DNA of 64,000 nt from Eledone cirrhosa (GCA_964016885.1 OZ024740.1:157356001-157420000); one strand, 5' to 3'. Shown: positions 1-10,244, counted from the first letter of the stretch. Program-made: numbers and translations. The notes: generated from the letters alone by a model not told the origin.

Positions 1-225
1 AAATATTTCCATAAATTGTCAAAATTTATGGTTTCTTCAAAGTAACAACAAATATTAAACGAGAGTGTTTACCAAACAAGTACTATTTAAAGAATACAGA
101 TATACAAACCAACAGCATTTGTAGAGAGTGTATTGAGACAACAAAGAGAATGATCAACCATATTGTTTTAGGTTACCGATCATTGACAAACACTGAATAA
201 ATCTGCATTCATAAACGATTCTTTT

Positions 226-309
226 TTATTGGCCATATGTATATATACGTGTGTATTTATTCGTATATATATGTGTGTGTGTGTGTAATATATAATATTT
301 ATGTATATA

Positions 310-355
<46 letters not shown>

Positions 356-440
356 ATATATAATGTATATGTGTGTGTATATATATATATATTCATATAT
401 ATGTATATATATATGTATATATATATGTATATATATATAT
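226..440. repeat. (TA)n/(TG)n compound microsatellite
   Basis: Directly visible; explains the IYIY ORF. Confidence 0.95.
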
Positions 441-901
441 TCTGAATTTGTTTAGCAAGATTCTTTATCTGAAAACGTGTGTTGAAACCGATATTTTTAT
501 ACTTTAGGAGGGTCATGTTGCCAATAAGAAACACACGCACCAGTTGCTTTCACTCCAATTTATTATAAATTAAATTTATAAATTTAAGAATTTATAAATT
601 TCCGGTTAGTTGGTTGGTTCCACAACCGGGCGGTTGTTCATATATTGTCAAAGTTCTTTCGTCACACATTCTGTGACCTCTTCAGTGACTGGGGATTATT
701 TTCTTTGTTGTGTGCCTCTCCTTTGTTCTGTCCTACGCCATAAACAAGATGGCGTCCAAAATTAGTCCAGAATTAGCCGTCGAAACGGCTTGAGCTCAGC
801 TGTCGGGGTCCTACTTGTTCCTATTACCCACTCTACTACCCTAAGTATTGAGTACTTTGGTGCATTATGGTCCATCTGGTTCCTTACCACATTTCCTTCG
901 T
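441..901 (-). mobile_element. Penelope-like pLTR fragment with hammerhead ribozyme, between (TA)n tracts
   Basis: Non-coding block bounded by (TA)n on both sides and containing a hammerhead core on the minus strand. Confidence 0.6.
647..689 (-). ncRNA. Minimal type I hammerhead ribozyme
   Basis: Minus strand reads GUCA-CUGAAGAG-GUCACA gaaug UGUGAC-GAAA-GAAC-UU-UGAC: conserved core, 6-bp stem II, 4-bp stem I, very short stem III. Confidence 0.75.
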
Positions 902-950
902 TATATATATATATACATATATATATATTGAATGCGTGTGAAAGACCATA

Positions 951-1146
951 GGTCATTATTAAAAGTCACTGAATTTCGCAAAATACATAATATTTTTTAT
1001 TGGAGAACGTAAGATATTTTTCCGCAAAAATTTTATTGCACTGTTTGGTTCCCACTTATGTATTTTTTGAAAATGTTATTTATTCATTATAAAAATTAAA
1101 TGATAGCATTCTATATGTAGGTGGGCCCCCTTCATCTGGCAACCTA
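951..1146. repeat. Uninterrupted copy of the sequence that is split by the LTR element at 2215-4979; possible end of a hAT-like non-autonomous transposon
   Basis: Aligns to 2096-2214 plus 4984-5048. It ends in CATCTGGCAACCTA, which resembles the reverse complement of TAGGGTTGCCA-type hAT TIRs. Confidence 0.65.
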
Positions 1147-1300
1147 TTATATTAGAACTATATATAAAACATGAGAAGAATGAATACTGCGTGGTTGCAC
1201 ATGGGTTACATATGATAAAAATAGTCCTTCATCAGTGATTTTCCATCCTTCATTGGTATTTCATCGCTTTAAAAATCATATACCTCCAGTTGGTGCAAGC

Positions 1301-1446
<146 letters not shown>

Positions 1447-1656
1447 CCAATTATTGTAAGTTTGAATCTAACTGACATAACATATATATAGGAATAAGGT
1501 AAGCCAAATCATAGTAGATTCAAATATCACAGAAAGAAAGAGAGAGAGGGGGGAAATGAGGTGGAACAGAAATGAAACATGGATTACAGGTTAAAATGTA
1601 ATGTAGATAGATGAGAAACAAAACGAGGATGTAGTTTATGGAACACCCAAATGATT

Positions 1657-2095
1657 TAGAAGTCGATTTAAGTAGGATCAATAACATTTAGAAAGACATG
1701 AACGACACCACAACACTTTGTTTTGAAAATTTTGAAAGTAGGTTTATAAGTATGAATTTTCATAAGATTTTCGTAGTTATCTCTGTGGCCAAGCGGTAGG
1801 TACTAGAGACGGTGGCGATCCTGGCCTTGGGTTCAATCCTGGTCAAGAGGTACATGTAACCTTTTTCAGTTTTTATTTTACAACCCATAGAAAAAAATGA
1901 AGAGGTTTACTGGGAACCCTACTCCTGACCAGGATCACCACCGTCTATGATTCCTCCAACTAGGCCATCGAGACAGCTTCAAAAGTATAATGAAAATTGA
2001 TAATTATAAACCTACTTTCAAAATCAAAGTTAAAAAGATGTGGTGTCGATCATGGCTTTCCTAGAACTATTAGTAATATTTAGGGTCGACTTCTG
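1657..2095. mobile_element. Degenerate foldback/MITE-like inverted repeat with tRNA-like inner arms
   Basis: 1657-1850 is the imperfect reverse complement of 1920-2095 (e.g. TTTTGAAAGTAGGTTTATAA / TTATAAACCTACTTTCAAAA). The left arm has A-box-like TGGCCAAGCGG and B-box-like GGTTCAATCC. Confidence 0.65.
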
Positions 2096-2214
2096 GTCAT
2101 TATTGAAAGTCTCTACATTTCGCAAAATACATAATATTTTTTATTGGAGAAGGTAAGATATTTTTCCACAAAAATTTGATTGCACTTATGTATTTTTCGA
2201 CAATGTTATTTATT

Positions 2215-2470
2215 TTTAGCGAGTTGGTCGCAGGGTTATTTACTTCAGTAAATACCATTGCAGGCCAACCACTAATTTAATTAGATAACGGATATAGAAA
2301 AACTTTTGTGTATTTGCGCTCGTGTGTGAACAGTTCAAGAGCCTGTCGCCAAAGAGAGAGATTGCTCTTTGCTCCCTCCTTTATAATTCCTAGAACGGAG
2401 GTTCAAGGAATACTCTAGAATTCTACGGGTAGTTACTCTAGCTACTTCCCTTTGTCTAGAGAGCGCTACA
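2215..2470 (-). repeat. 3' LTR (256 bp)
   Basis: Matches 4724-4979 with about 9 substitutions by manual count. Minus-strand termini are TGTAG...CTAAA. Confidence 0.93.
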
Positions 2471-2483
2471 AGACTCCCCTCTC
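2471..2483 (-). promoter_or_regulatory. Polypurine tract
   Basis: Minus strand GAGAGGGGAG-tct lies immediately before the TG of the 3' LTR. Confidence 0.85.
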
Positions 2484-2855
2484 AGACGAGAAGTCGAATA
2501 ACCAACCGAAGGTCATTGTAGCGAGAACCCGTAAGAAATGAGGAGCAAAACAAAGGTACAAGAAAGTGCATGAATAAAACATGAGCTCGCAACTGAAGCA
2601 AACAGCAAAAGGTACAAAACAAGTAAATGCATTTTACAAAGAATAAATTTTTTGCTGCACAAGGATGATGCAGAAAAAATGTAAATGTCACAAAACTGAT
2701 AATTCAAAGGTAACATAAAGGAGCAGAGAAAAATTAATGCTCAATGGTTAGTTCAAAGTTTCTTCAAAAATCAAATAGTTCATACATCACCAGTGTACAG
2801 ACTTTTCTGACACTAGTTCTATCTGAAAAAAGAAGTTTGTTATTGCCACAAGGGG

Positions 2856-3887
2856 TTAAATGTATATAGTTTTTGACAATTTACTTGGCCATTTCACTGT
2901 TCTGCCACTTCGTGTGACATAAGGTTGTTTGGTATGTGGTGTTTGTGGTGGAGGTGAAGGTGTTGGTGTGGGAATGAATGTACGAGGTATGTCAGGCAAT
3001 GTAATGAGACTTTCAGAGAAAGCCCTCTTTGCCCTGTCAATGGATATTGTCTCTTTTCGACCATTGACAGCCACTTTGAAATGTTTTGGTGTGTGCGAAA
3101 GCACACGAAAAGGTCCATTATAGGGTGACGTAAGCGGTCTCTTGACGTAATTATTCCGTATAAAAAATGTGTGTCCACGTAGAGATGTCCGATGGAACAG
3201 CAGAAGAAATAGACTGATCACGAGAGTTCATTGGTGGAAGATCCGAGAAGTAAGAATGAATGCTGGTGACATATGATGTTGGATCAAGATGCGATGAATC
3301 AACCGGTGCTAGCATTTGACCGGGAAGAGTCAAGGTGGTACCGTAAAGAAGTTCAGCTGAGGAGAAACCTAAATCTGGCTTAACGGCAGAACGACAACCT
3401 GGAAGCACGATTGGCAAAAATTCTGTCCAACGTTGCGGATCAGGAGTAGCGCGAAGTGCAGCTTTCAACTGTCTGTGAAACCTCTCCACCATTCCATTGG
3501 AGGCTGGGTGATAGCTGGTCGTATGAATGTGATGAGCACCCAAAAGTCGTGAATTTCATGAAATAAAGAGGCCTCGAACTGGCGTCCTCGATCCGTGGTT
3601 ATTTTAGAAGGAACACCAAAGCGAGCAATCCAATTGGAAATGAAAGCTCGGGCAACGTACTCTGCTGTTATGTCCACTAAGGGTATTGCTTCAGGCCACC
3701 GAGAGAAACGATCGGTACAGGTCAATATATATGTGAACCCACGACTAACGGGCCATGGACCAACAATATCCATGTGAATGTGACGGAAACGAGCGTCCGG
3801 CGGGCTGAATTTACCAAGAGGAGCGCGAACATGCCGATGAACCTTGGAGCGCTAACACTGAAAACAAGAACGTGCCCAACCAGTGAT
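2856..3887 (-). pseudogene. Gypsy integrase remnant (CxxC half of the zinc finger, rve core, GPF/Y C-terminus) with frameshifts and a stop
   Basis: [58 protein letters not shown] and PYNGPFRV are spread over three ORFs. Confidence 0.93.
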
Positions 3888-3917
3888 TAAACGACGTCTG
3901 TTGTGAAAGTTACAACG

Positions 3918-4710
3918 ATAGCAGATGTGTCGTCTCTCACGGAGGAAGATTTCACTAAACAAGTCGAAAAATGTGTTTATATTTTGAAGAAAGCAGGAAC
4001 GAGAAGCTGGCAGGAATAATGATGGTAACTAAACTAATCAAAGCTGACAAATGTGATTCCCAGAGCCAAAAGTTACTGTTTGATGCCATAGGCTTCAAGT
4101 TTCTTGTCGGGTTACTGCGTTCAGCCAAAGTCCCTGAAGGGTGCAGTAAATATATATACAAGTCATTATCTCTCACCATTCTCTCCAGTTTCTCAGGATT
4201 ACAACATGTGAAGGAAGATCCTCGAATGTTCACCTCCATTCCACTTATAATTGATGTCCTCATCTCTTGTCTCAATATTGATGAAATGCTGGATGAAACT
4301 GAACTGACAGAAGAGGAGTTCAAATCCATGGTTGACAGTTGTTATGATTGCTTAACATCTGTTTGTACAACAGACAAAGGAAGGACAACATTGATAGACT
4401 CCAGATCTGTGTCACATCTGTGTACTTGCTATATACATGCTACTTATAGTAATCAACGGGCTTTGGCTGTGATACAGCAGATTATCTCAGCAAATGGTGC
4501 CGGAATTTGGACAAAGAATGTGAAGGGTCTCCAAGAACTATTGGCTTATCTAGGAGAGAATTTTTTCCAGTCAAAAGAAGCTGAAAAGTTCCAGTTTTGT
4601 GACATCCTTGCCAATATCTTCAGCAATATTTCAAAAGAGAACATCCCAAAAGGTAACTTTAGTTGGCAGAAAAACATACCAAAAGGAATAATGGACTTGA
4701 TTAAATCACG
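3918..4710 (+). pseudogene. NCDN: Neurochondrin-like N-terminal fragment (about 260 codons, no introns), antisense to the LTR element
   Basis: NEKLAGIMMVTKLIKA, LLFDAIGFKFL, VPEGC, SMVDSCYDCLTSV, SVSHLCTCY and EKFQFCDIL are collinear with the neurochondrin N-terminus as I recall it (SEQFAALLLVTKAVKA, RIFDAVGFTFP, APDGC, SMIDDTYQCLTAV, TVSALCQAY, SKFELCQLL). The probable original start is ATA at 3918 (xADVSSLTEEDFTKQVEKCVYILKKAG), with a frameshift near 3998. Confidence 0.88.
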
Positions 4711-4722
4711 TCAGGGTCACCA
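4705..4722 (-). promoter_or_regulatory. Primer binding site, tRNA-Trp
   Basis: Minus strand TGGTGACCCTGACGTGAT, 1 nt after the 5' LTR. It is complementary to the tRNA-Trp 3' end (AUCACGUCGGGGUCACCA) with one G-U pair. Confidence 0.9.
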
Positions 4723-4723
4723 C

Positions 4724-4979
4724 TTTAGCGAGTTGGTCGCAGGGTTATTTACTTCAGTAAATACCACTGAAGGCCAACCACTAATTTAATTAGATAACAG
4801 ATTTAGAAAAACTTTTGTGTATTTGCGCTCGTGTGTGAACAGTTCAAGAGCCTGTCGCCAAAGAGAGAGATTGCTCTTTGCTCCCTCCTTTATAATTCCT
4901 AGAACGGAAGTTCAAGGAATACTCTAGAATTCTACGGGAAGTAACTCTGGCTACTTCCCTTTGTCTAGAGAGCACTACA
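4724..4979 (-). repeat. 5' LTR (256 bp) with TATAAA at 4894-4889
   Basis: Direct repeat of 2215-2470, followed on the minus strand by the PBS. Confidence 0.93.
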
Positions 4980-5072
4980 TATTCATTATAAAAATTAAAT
5001 AATAGCATTCTATATGTAGGTGGGCCCCCTTCATCTCCTTGCAACCAATATTTTTAGACCCAGTCCGCCACT

Positions 5073-5236
5073 GATCTGAAGGTATAATTAGGGTGGAGTA
5101 TCTGCAGATTTTACATTAGTTCTGCATAGATATTCTCCTTTTCGCTAATCTTTAGTATTATACTGGCATCTGCTGGGCAGCTAACTTCCACTACTGTGCA
5201 TGTCTTCTCTTCCCTGTCCCATATCATTATATCTGT
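5073..5236 (-). mobile_element. Dong/R4-type LINE RLE fragment (family B)
   Basis: Translates DIMIWDREEKTCTVVEVSCPADASIILKISEKENIYAELM; same family as 6870-7146. Confidence 0.8.
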
Positions 5237-5246
5237 GTATGTATGT

Positions 5247-6858
5247 TTCTTTTTCTCTTAATTTATGACCGGCCACCTTCCTGGTAGCAAGATTGTAAAA
5301 GAAAAGATATTGTCATCCTTTGAATCGCAAGTATGTTTTGCAAATTTTGAAGGTGCCAGCTATCACAGCCATTTGTAGTCTATGAATTAAGGTGCTGCTC
5401 TTTTTGTCCATAAATCCAAGTTCAGTCATACTTTGGTCCAAGCGGGTTGGTATATAACCTGTAGCTCCAATAATGATGGGTATGATGCTGGAGGTGTATC
5501 GTGAATACTGGATCTGCAAACTCCTCATCAATGGTCTGTAAATGTCTTCTTTCTCTTGTATTTTTCTTACAACGTTGACATCAAGTGGGCAGCTGATCTC
5601 TACAATAGAGCACGTTTTCAATGTGTGGTCCCAAACAACAATATCAGGCCGGTTGTGCTTAAATTTGGAAGCAGTTTTTATTTTCAGGTTCTACCATATT
5701 TCCTTACTGCCATCTGTCTCAACATATTCCTCCTCATTTGTTTTTAATTTTGTTTTCCGAAGTGCATTCCAGATGGTTCTAGCTATCACATCGTGTCTCA
5801 TGGGGAGGTAGTAGCGAGATGACACTCTTTCACAGTTGGAAATCATGTGGCTAACATCTTCGATCTTTGTTTTTCATAGCCTATATTTATTGTCGATTAA
5901 TGGCCCTCCTCTTTGTGTAGTATATTTTTGGTAGGGATTTCTTGTTCCTGTGTTGCATAGAGATATCCTTCAAGGTGGGATGTCATAAACTTGTCGGAAC
6001 TCCATGGTAGGCCTTTTGAATGATTTATCCCCTCTATGGTGTGTGATTTTCATCTCAGGTACCCATGCACAAATTTCTCTGTAAATTGGTCCATTTTTTA
6101 ACTTGTTCGAGCATTGAATAGGATCTTCGAATGATCCTGGGAAAGAGATTTATGTCAGGCCTTATTCCTTATCTCTCCTCTAGATCAGTGGCTATCCTAT
6201 AGAGTTACGGCCCTTGCCATCCTCAGTTCAAATCCTGCCGAGGTTAACTTTGCCATTCATCCTTACGGGGTCGATAAAATAAAGTACCAGTAATGTACTG
6301 GGTAATTGCTGGCCTTGTGCCAAACATAGAAACAATTATTTCTTTCATGCTCATAAACATGGGCAAGATGGTTGCCAACCTTTTTCCTCTGTTGAAGATG
6401 TTGCTTCAGTGTTACTATCCGGGTCTCATATGTTAATATGGATTTTAGACCCCGGCCACCTTCCTTGCGTGAGAAGTATAGCCTATCCACATCACCATTG
6501 ATGTTAAAGTTCCCAGTAACACTGAGAAGTTTGCGAGTTCTAACATCCATCTCACTTAGTTCTTGCAATGACCAGTTCAGCAGGCCAAATGTTGGCGTTA
6601 GAATTGGCACAGCATAAGTATTGTGGGCAATGTACTTGTTGTACGCTGACAGTTCTGATGAGCCATATTTTCTTTACTCTTCTAAGGTATTCAGTTCTGG
6701 TTCTTTCCTTATTTATGGGTCAATCACATCTCATCCTGTCCAAGATATCTGTAGTTGTTACCTGGCTGTAGAGGTTGTATAGTCAAGCCGTTCATCTCAA
6801 GATTTCCAGAGGAAGGCACAACCCTTCAACGTTTTACTGTCAAATATGCACATTTGCC
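5247..6858 (-). mobile_element. Dong/R4-type RLE LINE, 3' portion (family A), interrupted by a SINE
   Basis: YRYLG, RLYFSRKEGGRGL, RHD, HNRPDIVVWD, VEISCP; ends in ACATACATAC. Confidence 0.85.
6190..6340 (+). mobile_element. tRNA-derived SINE (5' truncated)
   Basis: B-box GTTCAAATCC plus the core CATCCTTACGGGGTCGATAAAATAAAGTACCAG and the tail GCTGGCCTTGTGCC, shared with many copies in the window. Confidence 0.85.
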
Positions 6859-6869
6859 AATGTCAAATA

Positions 6870-7380
6870 TGCAAGTAATGCCAATATAATATTAAAGATT
6901 AGCGAAAAGGAGAATATCTATGCAGAACTGATGAGAAATCTGCTGATACTCCACCCTGATTACACCTTCAGATTTATGCCTGTGATTATTGGGGCACTGG
7001 GATGTGTTAGTAACTGCCTCAATACAAATCTTGAAAAGCTGGGCATCACAGGAACAGAAAGAACACAACTATTTAGGAAATTGCAAGTACAATCCATTAA
7101 TGGAACAGTAAAAATATGTAAAACATTCCAAAGCTTTTGCATCTAATTACTGCATATACACATATACAGATACTAAGCATATACACATGCACACATACAA
7201 CTTAAAACATACAGATCCACACATACAGTAACATCCATATCTACACATGCATGCAGACATGCATACATATCTACCTAGTTGATGTTGTGTAAATTCCAAT
7301 TAGAGAGTCTTGTGTCTATGTTAGAAACTGACTATCTCTCTATTGGCAAAAATTTGTGAAATTATAAAACCAGAAGAAGA
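6870..7380 (+). mobile_element. Dong/R4-type LINE 3' end (family B)
   Basis: KENIYAELMRNL...PVIIGALG...TVKICKTF, then a 3' UTR abutting (TACA)n. Confidence 0.8.
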
Positions 7381-7418
7381 TACATACATACATATACATA
7401 CATACATACATACATACA

Positions 7419-7452
<34 letters not shown>

Positions 7453-7502
7453 CATTCATACATACATCCATACATACATACATACATACATACATACATA
7501 CA

Positions 7503-7534
<32 letters not shown>

Positions 7535-7549
7535 AACATACATACATAC
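7381..7549. repeat. (TACA)n microsatellite
   Basis: Directly visible. Confidence 0.95.
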
Positions 7550-8627
7550 TAACATCATATGAGACCCGGATAGTAACACTGAAGCAACATCTTCAACAGA
7601 GGAAAAAGGTTGGCAACCATCTTGCCCAGGTTTATGAGCATGAAAAAAAATATATCAGTAGAATAGCCACTGATCTGGAGGAGAGATATGGAATAAAGCC
7701 TGATATAAATCTCTCACCCAGAGAAATCGGAAGATCCTATTCAATGTTCAAACAAGATGAAAAAATTGACCAATTTACAGAAAAAGTTGTGCATGGATAC
7801 TTGAGACGTAAAACACAGACCATAGAGGCGATAAACCACTTAAAAAGCCTGGCATGGAGTTCCGACAAGTTTATGACATCACACCTTGAGGGATATCTCT
7901 ATGCAATACAGGAACAAGAATTCCCTACCAAATATCTGCTGCACAAAAGAGGAGGGCCAGCAGCTGACAATAAATGTAGGCTACGTAAAACAAAGATCGA
8001 GGATGTAAGCCACATTGTTGCCAGCTGCGAAAGAATGTCATCTCGCTACTACCTCCCCATGAGACACGATGGGATAGCTAGAACCATCTGGAACGCACTT
8101 CGGAAAACAAAATTAACAACAAACGAGGAAGAATATATTGAGACAGATGGCACTAAGGAATACTGGTGGATCCTGAAAATAAAAACTGCCACCAAATTAA
8201 AGCACAACCGGCCTGATATTGTTGTTTGGGACCACACATTGAAAACGTGTTCTGTTGTGGAGATCAGCTGCCCACTTGATGTAAACGTTGTCAGAAATAT
8301 ACAGGAGAAGGAGGACATCTACGGACCATTGATGAGGAGTTTACAAATCCAGTATCCAAGATACACCTTTAGCTTCATACCCATCATTATTGGAGCTACG
8401 GGTTATATACCAACCCGTTTGGACCAAAGTATGACTGAACTTGGATTTGCGGACAAAGAGCGCAGCTCCCTAATTCATAGTCTACAAATGGCTGCGATAG
8501 CTGGCACCTTCAAAATTTGCAAAACATTCTTGCGATTCAAGGGATGACAATTTCTTTTCTTTTACAACCTTGCTACCAGGAAGGTGGCCGGTCAAAAAAA
8601 TATACCCGAAATTAAGAGATGGAGATA
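7550..8627 (+). mobile_element. 5'-truncated Dong/R4-type LINE (family A): zinc knuckle and restriction-like endonuclease
   Basis: ORF 7744-8547: AIQEQ, KCRL..EDVSHIVASC, RHD, HNRPDIVVWD, VEISCP, K..IY. Bracketed by (TACA)n. Confidence 0.9.
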
Positions 8628-8691
8628 ACATACATACATACATACATACATACATACATACATACATACATACATACATACATACATACAT

Positions 8692-9573
8692 AAAACTGAT
8701 ATTCTGTCGGAGGTATCTTACTGTCCTCTACCAACAAGTTCTTAAGGGAGATACACTTATACCAGAATGATTGACATCAGCACAAACATTACTGGTCCCC
8801 AAGAACATAGACACCTACTTGGCAAAAAACTACCGACCCATTGCATGCCGGAACCTGATGTATAAGATGTATATAGCCTGCCTGAACCTATTCCTCCAAG
8901 ATCACTGTGAAAATAATAATATCACAGATGAACAAGCAGCTGGAAAGAAAGGGGTTTAGGGATGTGCTGAACAACTCCTAATCAACAAAACTGCGATGTC
9001 GTAGGTGCGACAACTTAGGAGGAATATGGCTACAGTCTGGCTGGACTACAGGAAAGCTTTCGATTCTGTTCCTCACTCTTGGATGATAGAGGCCCTCCAA
9101 CTTGCTAAAGTCCCAGACATGATTATCAGAGCCATAGAGAGACTGTCTTCTTCTTGGGCTACTATCCTAAGATTAAAGACAGAGAGGGAAGACTCTATTT
9201 TCACTGATAAAATAAAATATTGCAGGGGTATATTTCAGGGGGACAGTCTCTCTGTGATATTATTCATCTTGTCATTAAACCCCTTGTCCTTTCTGCTCAA
9301 GAAATGTGAAGGATGCATCATTGGCTCACAGGAGGACAGAAATACGAACCTAACCCATAATTTCTTTGTGGATGATCTGAAACTCTATGCCAAGAACATG
9401 GATGGGATGAAGAAAAATCTTGACCTGGTTACAACGTTCTCAAAGGATATAGGAAAAGCGGGGAAAAACAACAACCCAATCTAGCAACATTGTCATCAAT
9501 GGCCTAACTGTTTTACCGATATCTGATGAGGACTGCTACAGATACCTGGGGATAGATGAGAACATATCGTATA
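8692..9573 (+). mobile_element. Dong/R4-type LINE RT fragment
   Basis: NYRPIAC, WLDYRKAFDSVPH, GIFQGDSLS, FFVDDLKLY, YRYLG; starts right after (TACA)n at 8628-8691. Confidence 0.88.
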
Positions 9574-10182
9574 ATATCTGTAATAACATATATTAGTATG
9601 GGTTGGTGTGCGTGTGTGTGTGTAAGGTCATAGCACATCTAGGTGATCGAAGAAAGTTATTAGGAAATATTACTAGATCCTACAAATTCTTGGTTATTAT
9701 CAAAATTATTTAAAAACTATATGCAGTGGATATATGGTAACGAAAGGGTTAAACAATTTCAACAGTAAGTTACAAACACCAATACCTCTGTGACTCTTCA
9801 CCGAATATCAAATTATATAATCTTGCTAACTTTTATATAACTTTAGGCTATAAGTGTTGGTCTTAATCAGACCATTTTGTGAAAACTAAATTCTGTAACA
9901 CAGTCGTGAATTATTTGCGGGCTGTATTATAATCTACGTTTAATCTACGTTTTCAATGAGAATTCTATTTATTGACTTCTACATCTTGTCACCTTATATA
10001 CAATAATTTACTTGGCTTGTATTAGGTAATAAAAAATGGAAGAGGATATGGAATGGAAACATGTTAGTCATAAAATGAAAAATAATCCATATATATATAT
10101 GTGAAAATCTTTTTCGGAGAAATTATTGGATTCTTCCAAATCTAAGTGGGTTGGGGGGACCTTTCAATATTTTTATAGGTTT

Positions 10183-10244
10183 TGTCGTCTGAAGAGCTCA
10201 GGATATCATAACTGATAGTCCTCAGCGAAATATGTATAACGGTG
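10183..10244 (+). ncRNA. Minimal type I hammerhead ribozyme (Penelope-type)
   Basis: UGUCGU-CUGAAGA-GCUCAGGAUAUCA uaac UGAUAGUCCUCAGC-GAAA-UAUGUA-UA-ACGGUG, followed by (TA)n. Confidence 0.7.

Larger units (their letters stand above)
2215..4979 (-). mobile_element. Non-autonomous Gypsy-type LTR retrotransposon carrying a captured neurochondrin fragment
   Basis: Direct 256-bp LTRs, TSD TATT (2211-2214 and 4980-4983), PBS, PPT and an integrase remnant. Confidence 0.93.

Noticed and set aside
1781-1850. tRNA gene
   Set aside because: A/B-box-like motifs are present, but there is no convincing cloverleaf and it is part of an inverted repeat.
3971-4789. Functional neurochondrin gene
   Set aside because: Only the N-terminal part is present, the start is apparently lost, there is a frameshift, and it is enclosed by LTRs.
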